DNA from: Cenarchaeum sp.
GTDB taxonomy: Archaea > Thermoproteota > Nitrososphaeria > Nitrososphaerales > Nitrosopumilaceae
NCBI GenBank assembly: GCA_963692915.1
Contig: OY843584.1
Span: 320,001-384,000 of the forward strand
DNA: 64,000 nucleotides
Direction: 5' to 3'
Both the position numbers and the translations under genes were made by a program. The notes beneath the pieces were generated by a model. It saw nothing but the letters and a program-made list of their open reading frames with translations. It ran no database searches and was not told the DNA's origin. Positions within the stretch are counted from its first letter, which is position 1, and each line of letters begins with the position of its first letter. Below are positions 28,179 to 36,405 of the stretch, piece by piece.

Positions 28179-28988
28179 CTACCTCCGGAGACTCGATATT
28201 ATGTGCGAGCCCTTGTTGTTGCCCTCGTATATGTACACGCCAACTGCCTCGACGTTGTCTGGCAGGAGCGGCGAGAGCCGGCGTATTATCTCGCTTGACA
28301 GGTTTTCAACAGTCGCTTCGCCGTCAAGCGCGTACGTTGTGTCTTTTGGAACGCGCAGGTCAAACGTTCCCTTTGGACCGTCAAACCCGACACGATAGTG
28401 AAGATCGTCCTCGTCTGTCACATACTTGCGGTTTATGAAGAACTTGTGGTCAAATGCGCCAATGACGCCCCTGACCATCTTTTTTGCCTCTCCAAAGTCC
28501 ATGAGCAGCCCGTTGCGCGTCTGCCCGACAAGCTCGACCATCACTGATGACGTGTGGCCATGGAGTATTGAGCACTTTTCGACTAGTGGGAGTATGTGCG
28601 CATAGTCAAACGTAAAGGAGCCATCCTCTATGAATATCGAGCCGGCATCTCCGCTGTCAGTCTCGCCGTATGACACAATGTCGTCAAGCTCTCCGGCGCG
28701 TGCGGCATGGCGCGCATGGCCTATGCCAAGAACACTGCCGGCGTTGGATTCTTTTAGCGCATTGTACCTTGCGAGATCCTCGTCCGAGTCGATGACCTCG
28801 ATGAGCCCGTGCTCTGTCACAAAGTCTGCCCGTACGGGCCCGCTTGCTGTATCTACCTCTGTCCCGTACTTGTAGTCGTGTCCCAAAAAGTCAAGCATCC
28901 TCGCCACTGAGAGCTCTGTCCTCGACCTGAGGAGGTTCCCCCTTGCGTCGACATACCGAAAGTCCGAGTCTAGGACAGGTTTGGCCAT
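28179..28988 (-). CDS. queD: QueD/6-pyruvoyl-tetrahydropterin synthase with extra N-terminal domain
   Basis: FDYAH, KCSILHGH, MDFG, FDHK, ATVENL in the C-terminal half. Confidence 0.85.
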   Translation of the reverse strand: MAKPVLDSDFRYVDARGNLLRSRTELSVARMLDFLGHDYKYGTEVDTASGPVRADFVTEHGLIEVIDSDEDLARYNALKESNAGSVLGIGHARHAARAGELDDIVSYGETDSGDAGSIFIEDGSFTFDYAHILPLVEKCSILHGHTSSVMVELVGQTRNGLLMDFGEAKKMVRGVIGAFDHKFFINRKYVTDEDDLHYRVGFDGPKGTFDLRVPKDTTYALDGEATVENLSSEIIRRLSPLLPDNVEAVGVYIYEGNNKGSHIISSLRR

Positions 28989-29099
28989 ATCTGAGCGCAC
29001 GTCCACATGCGTGCGCATATAAAGCCTGCTTCGGGGAGCCGCGTCGGCGTGCGCGTCTCGCATGCCTAAACGCGTGGGGCGCGTGAGCCACTGCTGCAG

Positions 29100-29387
29100 T
29101 CAGGCGCGAAGGGCATCGAGGCGCCGCGCAAGCTCGGTGTCGTTTGCCGTTATTCCACCGGCATCATGCGTCACGAGCTCTACTGTGAGGCGGTTGTAGA
29201 CATTGGCCCACTCGGGATGGTGGTTCATCCTCTCGATCTCCATCGATGCCCTGGCCATAAACCCGAACGCCTCGTTGAACGAGGCAAATTCGTACTCTTT
29301 GTGGAGCTTGCCGCCTCTGACTGACCACCCGTCAAGCTTCCCGATGGCCGCTTCGATCTCCTGCTCTGTGAGCTTCTCCACGGGCAC
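29100..29387 (-). CDS. Pterin-4-alpha-carbinolamine dehydratase
   Basis: HHPEWANVYN, THDAGGIT.ND. Confidence 0.95.
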   Translation of the reverse strand: MPVEKLTEQEIEAAIGKLDGWSVRGGKLHKEYEFASFNEAFGFMARASMEIERMNHHPEWANVYNRLTVELVTHDAGGITANDTELARRLDALRA

Positions 29388-29575
29388 GGGGTAGACGCCT
29401 TCCCTTATGTGCCTTCAGTCACCCCTGTGCCCATGGGCAAGATTTTGCGATTCTGCGCACGTGGGCTGCCATCACTTGTGTGCTGTGGAACACTCTTCTA
29501 TTTTTATCAACTTTTTACAATATTTAGTCTAACAATCCCAACCAATCCGATTTAAGAAAAATTAAGGACTCGGCC

Positions 29576-30583
29576 TTGCCATTGGCTAGGGCGAAAAAGG
29601 TCACAAAACGGCGCAAGGGCGCCACGCGCAGAAAGGCGACTGCGCGCCGTGGGGCGACGACGCGCCGCCGGAGCGCCACGCGCAAAAAGGCGACTACCAG
29701 GAGATCAGCACGCCGTGGGGCGACGACGCGCCGCCGGAGCGCCACGCGCAAAAAGGCGACTAGGGGCAGCAGTGTGGCCAAAAAGAGGTACCGCTCGGCA
29801 ATAGCGTATCGCCTCCGCGAGATTCCGGTAAAGCAGATCAAGGTGTGGCGTGACGCGCAGGCGCGCAAGCTTGACAGGGATGGCATCACCGAGCTCGCAA
29901 AGTCGATAAAGCATGACGGCCTGCAAAACCCGCCAATGGTCCAAAAGAGCGGGCCGGGTCAGTACCTGCTAATGTCCGGCCAGCGCAGGCTCGCGGCCCT
30001 AAAGAGGCTGCGCGCCAAGAATATACCCGCACTCGTGCTTACAAAACAGTCCGCATATGACCTCGGTGACGCAAAGGCCGCATCAGTAGTCGAGAACCTG
30101 CACCGCAGGGGCATGAAGTCTCGCGACATGGCGTCTGCGTGCGCGTTTCTCGCCGAGCGCATGCCAAAGACGCGCGCAGCGCAGATGCTTGGAATATCAA
30201 TGCCGACGTTCAAAAAGCTCCACGGGTTCGCCGGCGTGCCCGAAGCGCTAAAGTCGCTCACGCCAAAGACGATCTCGCGTGATGACGCCACAAACCTGTA
30301 CCAGGTCGCGCCAAGCATCGCCAATGCGATAAAGATCGCCGAAAAGATCACAAAGCTTGACGCACCAACACGGCGCCGATACATAAAGGCGTACGCGCGC
30401 AGTCCGCACTCCTCGCACAAGACGCTCCTAAAGCGTGCGCGCGTCATGGTTGCGCAGCAAAAGGTTCGCCTACAGCTGACAAAGGGCAACGCGCGCAAGC
30501 TTGCAACGCGCTCAAGACGCCAGGATGTGACTCCTGACGAGCTCGCCGGTGAGATTGTCGCAAAGTGGCTTCGTTCCCACTAG
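29576..30583 (+). CDS. ParB/Srx-domain protein with Arg/Lys-rich repetitive N-terminus
   Basis: ELAKSIKHDGLQNPPMV, SGQRRLAA, ENLHR; N-terminal RKATARRGATTRRRSAT repeats. Confidence 0.88.
   Translation: MPLARAKKVTKRRKGATRRKATARRGATTRRRSATRKKATTRRSARRGATTRRRSATRKKATRGSSVAKKRYRSAIAYRLREIPVKQIKVWRDAQARKLDRDGITELAKSIKHDGLQNPPMVQKSGPGQYLLMSGQRRLAALKRLRAKNIPALVLTKQSAYDLGDAKAASVVENLHRRGMKSRDMASACAFLAERMPKTRAAQMLGISMPTFKKLHGFAGVPEALKSLTPKTISRDDATNLYQVAPSIANAIKIAEKITKLDAPTRRRYIKAYARSPHSSHKTLLKRARVMVAQQKVRLQLTKGNARKLATRSRRQDVTPDELAGEIVAKWLRSH
29645..29762 (+). repeat. Intragenic 52-nt direct repeat, period 66 nt
   Basis: CGCCGTGGGGCGACGACGCGCCGCCGGAGCGCCACGCGCAAAAAGGCGACTA at 29645 and 29711. Confidence 0.95.
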
Positions 30584-30930
30584 AATATACCGAACTTGCT
30601 AGTCTCCATCTCTTCCTTTATCGCAAGCTTGAAGCGCGGGGATTTCTTGCCTACCCTGGTCTCTAGGAGCTTTAGGAACTTTTTGTCGGTTCCCTTTCCC
30701 TTTAGCGACTCAAAGTCGGCTCCCATCTGTCCGGCCACCCTGTGGACCATGTTCCTCGTGACGCTAACGACGAAAAAGTGCCACCCAAACGCAAACTCTG
30801 AGTCTGTTATGCGAAACTCGTCCTTTGCGTGGACCGACTCCTCTAGCATGCCTAGCTCTAGTCGCAGCGCCTTGCTCGTGGCGTCATAGTCGACTGCCGA
30901 GACGTTGATGTTCAGCGCGTCATGCATCAC
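30580..30930 (-). CDS. Conserved hypothetical protein
   Basis: 116-aa ORF with EFAFGWHFFVVSV and SKFGIF end. Confidence 0.75.
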   Translation of the reverse strand: MMHDALNINVSAVDYDATSKALRLELGMLEESVHAKDEFRITDSEFAFGWHFFVVSVTRNMVHRVAGQMGADFESLKGKGTDKKFLKLLETRVGKKSPRFKLAIKEEMETSKFGIF

Positions 30931-31020
30931 GCCGGCGCGCCAAACATGGCATTAAATTGCTTTGTGGGCATGCCTGCAGTGGCACGCCTGCCGCAGGCGC
31001 CGTGTGGACTCGGGCGGCAG

Positions 31021-31147
31021 GGGTATGGGCTCAGCACCAGCGGCTCATTTGGTCAGGTGGGCGCGATCTGGTCGTTCTACTAGTCGTGGGGGCACCTGCA
31101 TGAGAATGAGCTGGAGTGATGTCGGCCTTATATTGTGGGGGCTGAAC
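31021..31147 (-). repeat. Copy C of the dispersed element, inverted orientation
   Basis: Reverse complement of 31044-31099 aligns ungapped to 7863-7918 at 43/56 identities (hand count); begins GGGTATGGGCTCAGCACC versus GGTATGGGGTCAGCACC at 7827. Confidence 0.8.
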
Positions 31148-31178
31148 ATTTATTAAGTCCGTAGGGTTGTCTTGTTCC

Positions 31179-31328
31179 ATGGAAAACGACGAGTGCGCTA
31201 GCACAGAGTCTACAGTTGAGACGAGCCCTGGCACCACCAGACGGATAACGTTCGGCAAGGCGAGGTTTGTAAGTGCCAAAGATCGTGCACGTCTAGCAGA
31301 ACGCGAGAATGCTGAATCGGGATCCTAA
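31179..31328 (+). CDS. Small hypothetical protein (49 aa)
   Basis: MENDECASTESTVETSPGTTRRITFGKARFVSAKDRARLAERENAESGS; TTTATTAA about 30 nt upstream; stop 1 nt before the next ATG. Confidence 0.55.
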   Translation: MENDECASTESTVETSPGTTRRITFGKARFVSAKDRARLAERENAESGS

Positions 31329-31329
31329 T

Positions 31330-31962
31330 ATGGCTCCATTGGGCGATCTGTCTAATGCGCAAGGATCCATATCTGGTGATGTCGCCATGTCTTTTTTCGA
31401 GCTGCTCTGGAGGGGTGTAATGATGGGTCAGTGGAATGTAGAGCGTATCAACGCCAAGGCAAGGGCTACACTTGGAACAGGGGCGACGACTCTGTCTATA
31501 CTTGTTATTGGAATAGTGGGCTTTGCGACAGTTTTTGAGGGGAATATCGATAATCTTGCCCCGTTTGCTCAAATGCCTGTGTGGATGCAAGGCTTGATAT
31601 CGGCTTGTGTATTCTTTGGGGTGATCAGCATATTGGTGTCGTTGGGATTTGCCACCATGTCCTTGCGCGCATTCATGGTATATGACCCTATAGCCTATGA
31701 AGATTTTACAACAAACAAAGATGGTGTTGGTGGTATCGATGTGGACATTTTAGAAAAATGCTCTCCGATGCCCCCTGAAATTGTTTTTGAAATGCATAAG
31801 GCGTACATCCATCGATTGCAAGATCTGGGGGCAAATATAGATAACATGGCTCAACACCTCCAACGTAGTCAATGGTTTTTACTCGCTGGACTCACGGCCA
31901 TTGGCATTCCATTGCTGCTGATATTGGGGCGCCTGTTCGCCATTTCCATTTTTGGGGCATGA
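31330..31962 (+). CDS. 3-TM membrane protein, Pycsar-effector (PycTM/DUF5706)-like
   Basis: ERINAKA-TM1, TM2, soluble loop, NIDNMAQHLQRSQWFLLAGL-TM3; codons AT-richer than flanking genes. Confidence 0.7.
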   Translation: MAPLGDLSNAQGSISGDVAMSFFELLWRGVMMGQWNVERINAKARATLGTGATTLSILVIGIVGFATVFEGNIDNLAPFAQMPVWMQGLISACVFFGVISILVSLGFATMSLRAFMVYDPIAYEDFTTNKDGVGGIDVDILEKCSPMPPEIVFEMHKAYIHRLQDLGANIDNMAQHLQRSQWFLLAGLTAIGIPLLLILGRLFAISIFGA

Positions 31963-32269
31963 TCACCTGGCTTCACGCTGGGTGTGCCGTGACGCACATG
32001 GCGGGCACGGGTGGAGACATGTGGGACTTTAACGCCTGCGTCCCACATCCGCGTACTGTGACTGCCCCTAGTGCGGCAAGGGCTCGCCGCACCCTGGCGT
32101 CCCTGACTGGGTCCTGTGTCCCTAAAGCAGCTGACGGTGGCGCATTGTGGTCCTGGCAATGCTCGCCGCCTCCTAGAGCCTGGCGCCTTTAGACTGCGTC
32201 ATGACATGCCCTGGCACCATGATCCAACCCTGTCGACCCTGGCAGGACGCATGCGGGTTTCGCGCGCGC

Positions 32270-32352
32270 ACGAGGCCTTGCCATGCCGGACGGATCGGCG
32301 GTATTGCGCCTGTCTGGCAAAAAAGCGCCCGACGTGGTGGCCTTGCGTACCC
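32270..32352 (+). repeat. Degenerate copy D of the dispersed element
   Basis: GGATCGGCGGTATTGCGCCTGTCTGGCAAAA versus GGATCGGCAGGATCACGCCTATTTGACCAAA (copy B); ends ...CGTACCC. Confidence 0.55.
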
Positions 32353-32399
32353 GCATGAGCTGGAAAGGGATTAATACGCCATGCCCGTGTGCCGGACGC

Positions 32400-32915
32400 A
32401 TGGCGCCTGTCTATGAGGATCCCTTCATCAAGATCGCCACGATGATAGGCGGCGACGAGTACCACAAGGTTGCCCGTTCGCTCCTAAAGTCAATCGACGC
32501 GACTGACGAGGAGATTGCGAGCTCGACTGGCCTGAGAATAAACCTCGTTCGCAAGATACTCTATGACCTCTTTGGCAAGTCGCTCATAAGCGGCGTGCGC
32601 GTCAAGGACGAAAAGAAGGGCTGGTTTGTCTACCGCTGGCGCTCGAGGCGCGAGGAGGTCGAGGGATTCATCGAGAACCAAAAGAAAAAGATAGTCGACC
32701 GGCTCGAGCACCGACTCTCATACGAGAGCGGATCCGAGTTTTACCACTGTGGCAACGAGGACTGTCGCAGGGTGACCTTTGAGGATGCGCTGGAGGCCAT
32801 GTTCAAGTGCCCCTCGTGCGCCAAGATACTCGAGTCCAAGGACAACGAGCGCGTGAAACGATCCCTTGGCTCAAAGATTGAGGAGATAAAGGGCGACATG
32901 CAGCGCACATTCTAG
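32400..32915 (+). CDS. tfe: Transcription factor E (alpha)
   Basis: TDEEIA...INLVRKILYDL, GWFVYRW, FYHC...TFEDA...FKCPSC. Confidence 0.93.
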   Translation: MAPVYEDPFIKIATMIGGDEYHKVARSLLKSIDATDEEIASSTGLRINLVRKILYDLFGKSLISGVRVKDEKKGWFVYRWRSRREEVEGFIENQKKKIVDRLEHRLSYESGSEFYHCGNEDCRRVTFEDALEAMFKCPSCAKILESKDNERVKRSLGSKIEEIKGDMQRTF

Positions 32916-32965
32916 CGCATGGCGGCTTTAAGTTTATTATGTCCAACTTGCCTTCTCGTGTGGTG

Positions 32966-33052
32966 ATGAAGGGATTTGGCTGGTGGATCGCAATGATCGC
33001 AGGAGCGGCCATCACGTACTATGGCGCCTCGATTCTCCTGCCGTGGAAGTAG
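32966..33052 (+). CDS. Small membrane peptide (28 aa)
   Basis: MKGFGWWIAMIAGAAITYYGASILLPWK; GGTG immediately before the ATG, TTTATTAT upstream. Confidence 0.55.
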   Translation: MKGFGWWIAMIAGAAITYYGASILLPWK

Positions 33053-33115
33053 GCTCGTGCGCATGAGCCCCACGGTGCTCATCAGAAACCATTATTAGCA
33101 AACGCCTGCAGCGCC

Positions 33116-33469
33116 GTGTCGATGAGGGTCTTTGACGGACGCAAGGCAGCTGACGACTATATGTCGGCGCATACGCTGGCCTTCTCGACTCCAGAGCTCA
33201 CGCTCAAGCGGTTTGCCTTTTGGCTTGCCGACATGGTGCCGGATCCCGCCGGCGGCGAAGGCAGCGTTCCGCGAATCGACACGTTCGTAGAGGAGAAGGA
33301 CTTTGAGCCCGTCAGGGTAGTTGATGACGACAAGTACACGCCGTCTGGCGCGGTTCTTGCGTCCTCAATGTATGGTGACCCGTCTGCCTCTGCAAAGTTT
33401 TGCGCCGAGTGCGGCTCCAAGGTTTCTGATGGCGCAAAGTTTTGCGCCACGTGCGGAACTGCAGCCTAA
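33116..33469 (+). CDS. Zinc-ribbon domain protein
   Basis: C-terminal KFCAECG...AKFCATCG. Confidence 0.85.
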   Translation: MSMRVFDGRKAADDYMSAHTLAFSTPELTLKRFAFWLADMVPDPAGGEGSVPRIDTFVEEKDFEPVRVVDDDKYTPSGAVLASSMYGDPSASAKFCAECGSKVSDGAKFCATCGTAA

Positions 33470-34017
33470 GGCGAGAGGCTAGAGCCGCAGCCCGTGCAAA
33501 ACTTTGCACCCTGCCTTGTCTCCTTGCCACATGTCCCGCACCTGTCCTGAAGACTTGCGACTAGTGCGGGATCCGGTGTCGGCAACGTGCCCGGCGAGGA
33601 GAATGCCTCGCCAGTAGACACAATGCTAGGCGGCGCACCGCCGACGGGGTTTGATGCGGTTCCGGCTCTTCCGGCCATTCCCATTCCTGCCATGCCGGGT
33701 GGCATTCCGGGCTGCATGCCGCCGGGCTGCATTCCGCCCGGCATTATGCGCTGGGGTCCGCCGCCCTGACCTGCGCTGGCTCCGCGGTCTAGGGCCTTTT
33801 TGAGCTCAAACATCGCCTTTATCGAGAGGAACTCTAGTGCCGAGCACGCAACAAGATAGTCGCCCATCTTGCCAAAGAACTCGCGCTCCTCCATCTTGCC
33901 GGCCTTGTATAGCGTGTTGGCATCGAGGAACGACTCGTAATATCCCTGCGACTCGTTGAGCAGGTTGTCGAGTTTCTCGAAAAGCATATTGAGCGTGTCG
34001 ACTTCGCCGTACGACAT
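33466..34017 (-). CDS. Zinc-ribbon domain protein with helical N-terminus and Gly/Met/Pro linker
   Basis: MSYGEVDTLN start; CGTCG...AKFCTGCG. Confidence 0.85.
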   Translation of the reverse strand: MSYGEVDTLNMLFEKLDNLLNESQGYYESFLDANTLYKAGKMEEREFFGKMGDYLVACSALEFLSIKAMFELKKALDRGASAGQGGGPQRIMPGGMQPGGMQPGMPPGMAGMGMAGRAGTASNPVGGAPPSIVSTGEAFSSPGTLPTPDPALVASLQDRCGTCGKETRQGAKFCTGCGSSLSP

Positions 34018-34212
34018 GGCGCTCGGCTGCCGTGCTGCCGTATTAATACCTAGTCTAGGGTGGCGCCCTCGGGGAGACGCCGTGGCAGGACATGGCCGCC
34101 GCAGACTGCGCATGGGCGACCAGACCCGCAATCTCGCATGGTGTGTGCTCAGGACGGCAAACGGCAGTGTGTGAGCCGGATGGTGGATGGTTCGCGCGCT
34201 GTGCGTATGGCG

Positions 34213-34542
34213 CTATTGCGCGATCGCCGTGTCGATCGTCGACTTTAGCGCGTCCTTTGAGGCCGCACCGACCTGCTGAGTGAGGACCTTGCCGTCCTTG
34301 AACAGGACCATCGTCGGTATGCTAAAGACATTGTACTTTGAGGCGATATCGCCGGCCTTGTCCACGTTGACCTTGACAAACTTTACCGTCCCGTCGTACT
34401 CGCCGGAGAGCTCGTCGACGACCGGCCCGACCATCCTGCACGGGCCGCACCACTCTGCCCAAAAGTCCACAAAGACTGGCACGGGTGACTTTAGAACCTC
34501 GGTCTCCCATGCCCCTGCCTCATCCACGTGGGTGACTCCCAT
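34213..34542 (-). CDS. trxA: Thioredoxin
   Basis: DFWAEWCGPC, SIPT. Confidence 0.97.
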   Translation of the reverse strand: MGVTHVDEAGAWETEVLKSPVPVFVDFWAEWCGPCRMVGPVVDELSGEYDGTVKFVKVNVDKAGDIASKYNVFSIPTMVLFKDGKVLTQQVGAASKDALKSTIDTAIAQ

Positions 34543-34659
34543 GGCAGAAAGGCCAAATGTGCGGGGCTAAATACCTTGCAGTCATTGCAGCCGCGTGCTG
34601 CCCTGCTGGTCTGCTCGCGCAGAATATACTTAAATGCGGCAAGGGATCGCCGTGGAGCC

Positions 34660-35445
34660 ATGAGCACCGACCAGCGGCTCAAAAAGCTGCGCGGCTCTGG
34701 CGGGTTTGTCATGGCGACGATCGGTGATGACCTTCAGCAAAAGGGCAACCTTGGCGGCCCTGACCTCTTCCTGGCGCCCATCGGGCGCCTGCCCGAGGCA
34801 TCCGTCTCGTCATACCATTGCAACGCGTGCGAAAAGGCGTACGAGGGCTGCCCGCGCATAGAGCACGAGGCGCCAAACGAGACGGTCTCGGATAACCTTG
34901 TGCTCGCCGAGAGGGGACAGTATGTCTGCACGGCATGCGAGTCGCCGATCGCCGAGTATCGCGTGTTCCACAAGCCCGACGAGGGCGCCGACGCGGGCCT
35001 TGCACGGCCGATGACGCCCGATGTGGCATCGCCAAATGTTGCACCACCGCCGACGTTTGCGATTCCAGATGCGCAGGACGTGATGGCAGCCGCGGACATG
35101 GTCATGGCGCCTCCTGGCGGCGATCCTCCCGCCGCCGCACCGACGCCGGGTGACATTAGCGCCATTGTCGGAATGCCCGTGTATGACGAGCGCGCGATGA
35201 TGGTAGGCACCGCCAGGCAGGTTGGCGTGGACTCGGCGTCAGGCTCGCTCGTTCTAGCCGTCGAGGCGCCTGACGGCTCGCTCTCAAACGTGCCGTGGAG
35301 CCGCGTCGGCACGGTCGGCGAAATTATTCTCCTGGGCACAGCGAACTCGCAGGCTGCCGCACCTGCCGCAGGCTCGTGCTCATCGTGCGGCTTTGCCAAC
35401 AAGGCAGCCTCAAAGTTCTGCGAGCAGTGCGGCAAGGCCATCTAG
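34660..35445 (+). CDS. Zn-finger / PRC-barrel / zinc-ribbon protein
   Basis: CNAC...CTAC; PRC barrel IVGMPVYDERAMMVG...VPWSRVGTVGEIILL; CSSCG...KFCEQCG. Confidence 0.85.
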   Translation: MSTDQRLKKLRGSGGFVMATIGDDLQQKGNLGGPDLFLAPIGRLPEASVSSYHCNACEKAYEGCPRIEHEAPNETVSDNLVLAERGQYVCTACESPIAEYRVFHKPDEGADAGLARPMTPDVASPNVAPPPTFAIPDAQDVMAAADMVMAPPGGDPPAAAPTPGDISAIVGMPVYDERAMMVGTARQVGVDSASGSLVLAVEAPDGSLSNVPWSRVGTVGEIILLGTANSQAAAPAAGSCSSCGFANKAASKFCEQCGKAI

Positions 35446-35502
35446 GGAACCGCAGGCCCCCTAGCAATGTTTATGTTGTGAGCGTAGAGTCGTGCGGCAT
35501 CG

Positions 35503-36405
35503 ATGGCAAGAAACAAGCTCGTCATGGAGCTCGCAGTCGCCGGAGCGATGCTCCTTGTGGGGTGGCTCATCATGTACATGGTGTTTGGAACTCCCTACCC
35601 GTTCTATGTCGTGGCCAGCGGCAGCATGGTTCCGGCACTCGAGGTGAACGACATACTTCTCGTCCAGGGCCATGACCCCATAGAGAACGTCCTAGTTGGC
35701 GATATCATAGTGTTTGACAGGCCAGACGGGGCAGACAAGGTCATAGTCCACAGGGTCGTCGAGGTGATATCCGAGGAGCCGCGCATCTTGCGCACGCGCG
35801 GGGACGCAAACCAGATATCGATACCGGGAACGGACTTTCCAATAACGGCTGATGACTATATCGGCAAGGTCCTGCATGCGGTGCCAAAGGTAGGCTATGT
35901 CACAAAGGCACTCGCGCCACCGGTCAACTATATCCTGATTGCGATAATCATCGGCTTTATGGCCTACAAGCACGTGCGCGCATCACGCTCGCCGGCCGGA
36001 CCTGAACCGGACAGCGACGTTGGAAACCTCGATGACGTGCCGCGCGACGGCGAGTATTCTGCCGGCGGGGACTCTGTTGCGCCGGGACTCGAGCCGGCCA
36101 ACGCGCCGCCTCGCGATGCGCCACCGGTGCCAGATAACCCATATGTCGAGCGCGACGAAACGCACGCCAAAACGCACACGCCTCCTGATGCGCCACCTGT
36201 TCCTGACCACTATGGTGCACTTGGCCTCGGCAGGTCGGCCTCGATGCCAGAGATTCGCGCGAGATACGAGGAGCTGGCCGCGCAATGGGCCGGCAGCACC
36301 GGTGATGAGGCGCTAATCGCGAGGATAACTAGGGCATATGAAATTCTCTCAGACCCCGAGATGCGTCACAGGTACGACGAGTCACTCGGGCCGGCCGGCC
36401 GCTAG
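35503..36405 (+). CDS. Signal peptidase I (archaeal S26B) fused to a C-terminal J-like domain
   Basis: VVASGSMVP, GDIIVF, IVHRV, TRGDAN; C-terminal DHYGALGL...EIRARY...RAYEILSDPEMRHRYD. Confidence 0.9.
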   Translation: MARNKLVMELAVAGAMLLVGWLIMYMVFGTPYPFYVVASGSMVPALEVNDILLVQGHDPIENVLVGDIIVFDRPDGADKVIVHRVVEVISEEPRILRTRGDANQISIPGTDFPITADDYIGKVLHAVPKVGYVTKALAPPVNYILIAIIIGFMAYKHVRASRSPAGPEPDSDVGNLDDVPRDGEYSAGGDSVAPGLEPANAPPRDAPPVPDNPYVERDETHAKTHTPPDAPPVPDHYGALGLGRSASMPEIRARYEELAAQWAGSTGDEALIARITRAYEILSDPEMRHRYDESLGPAGR

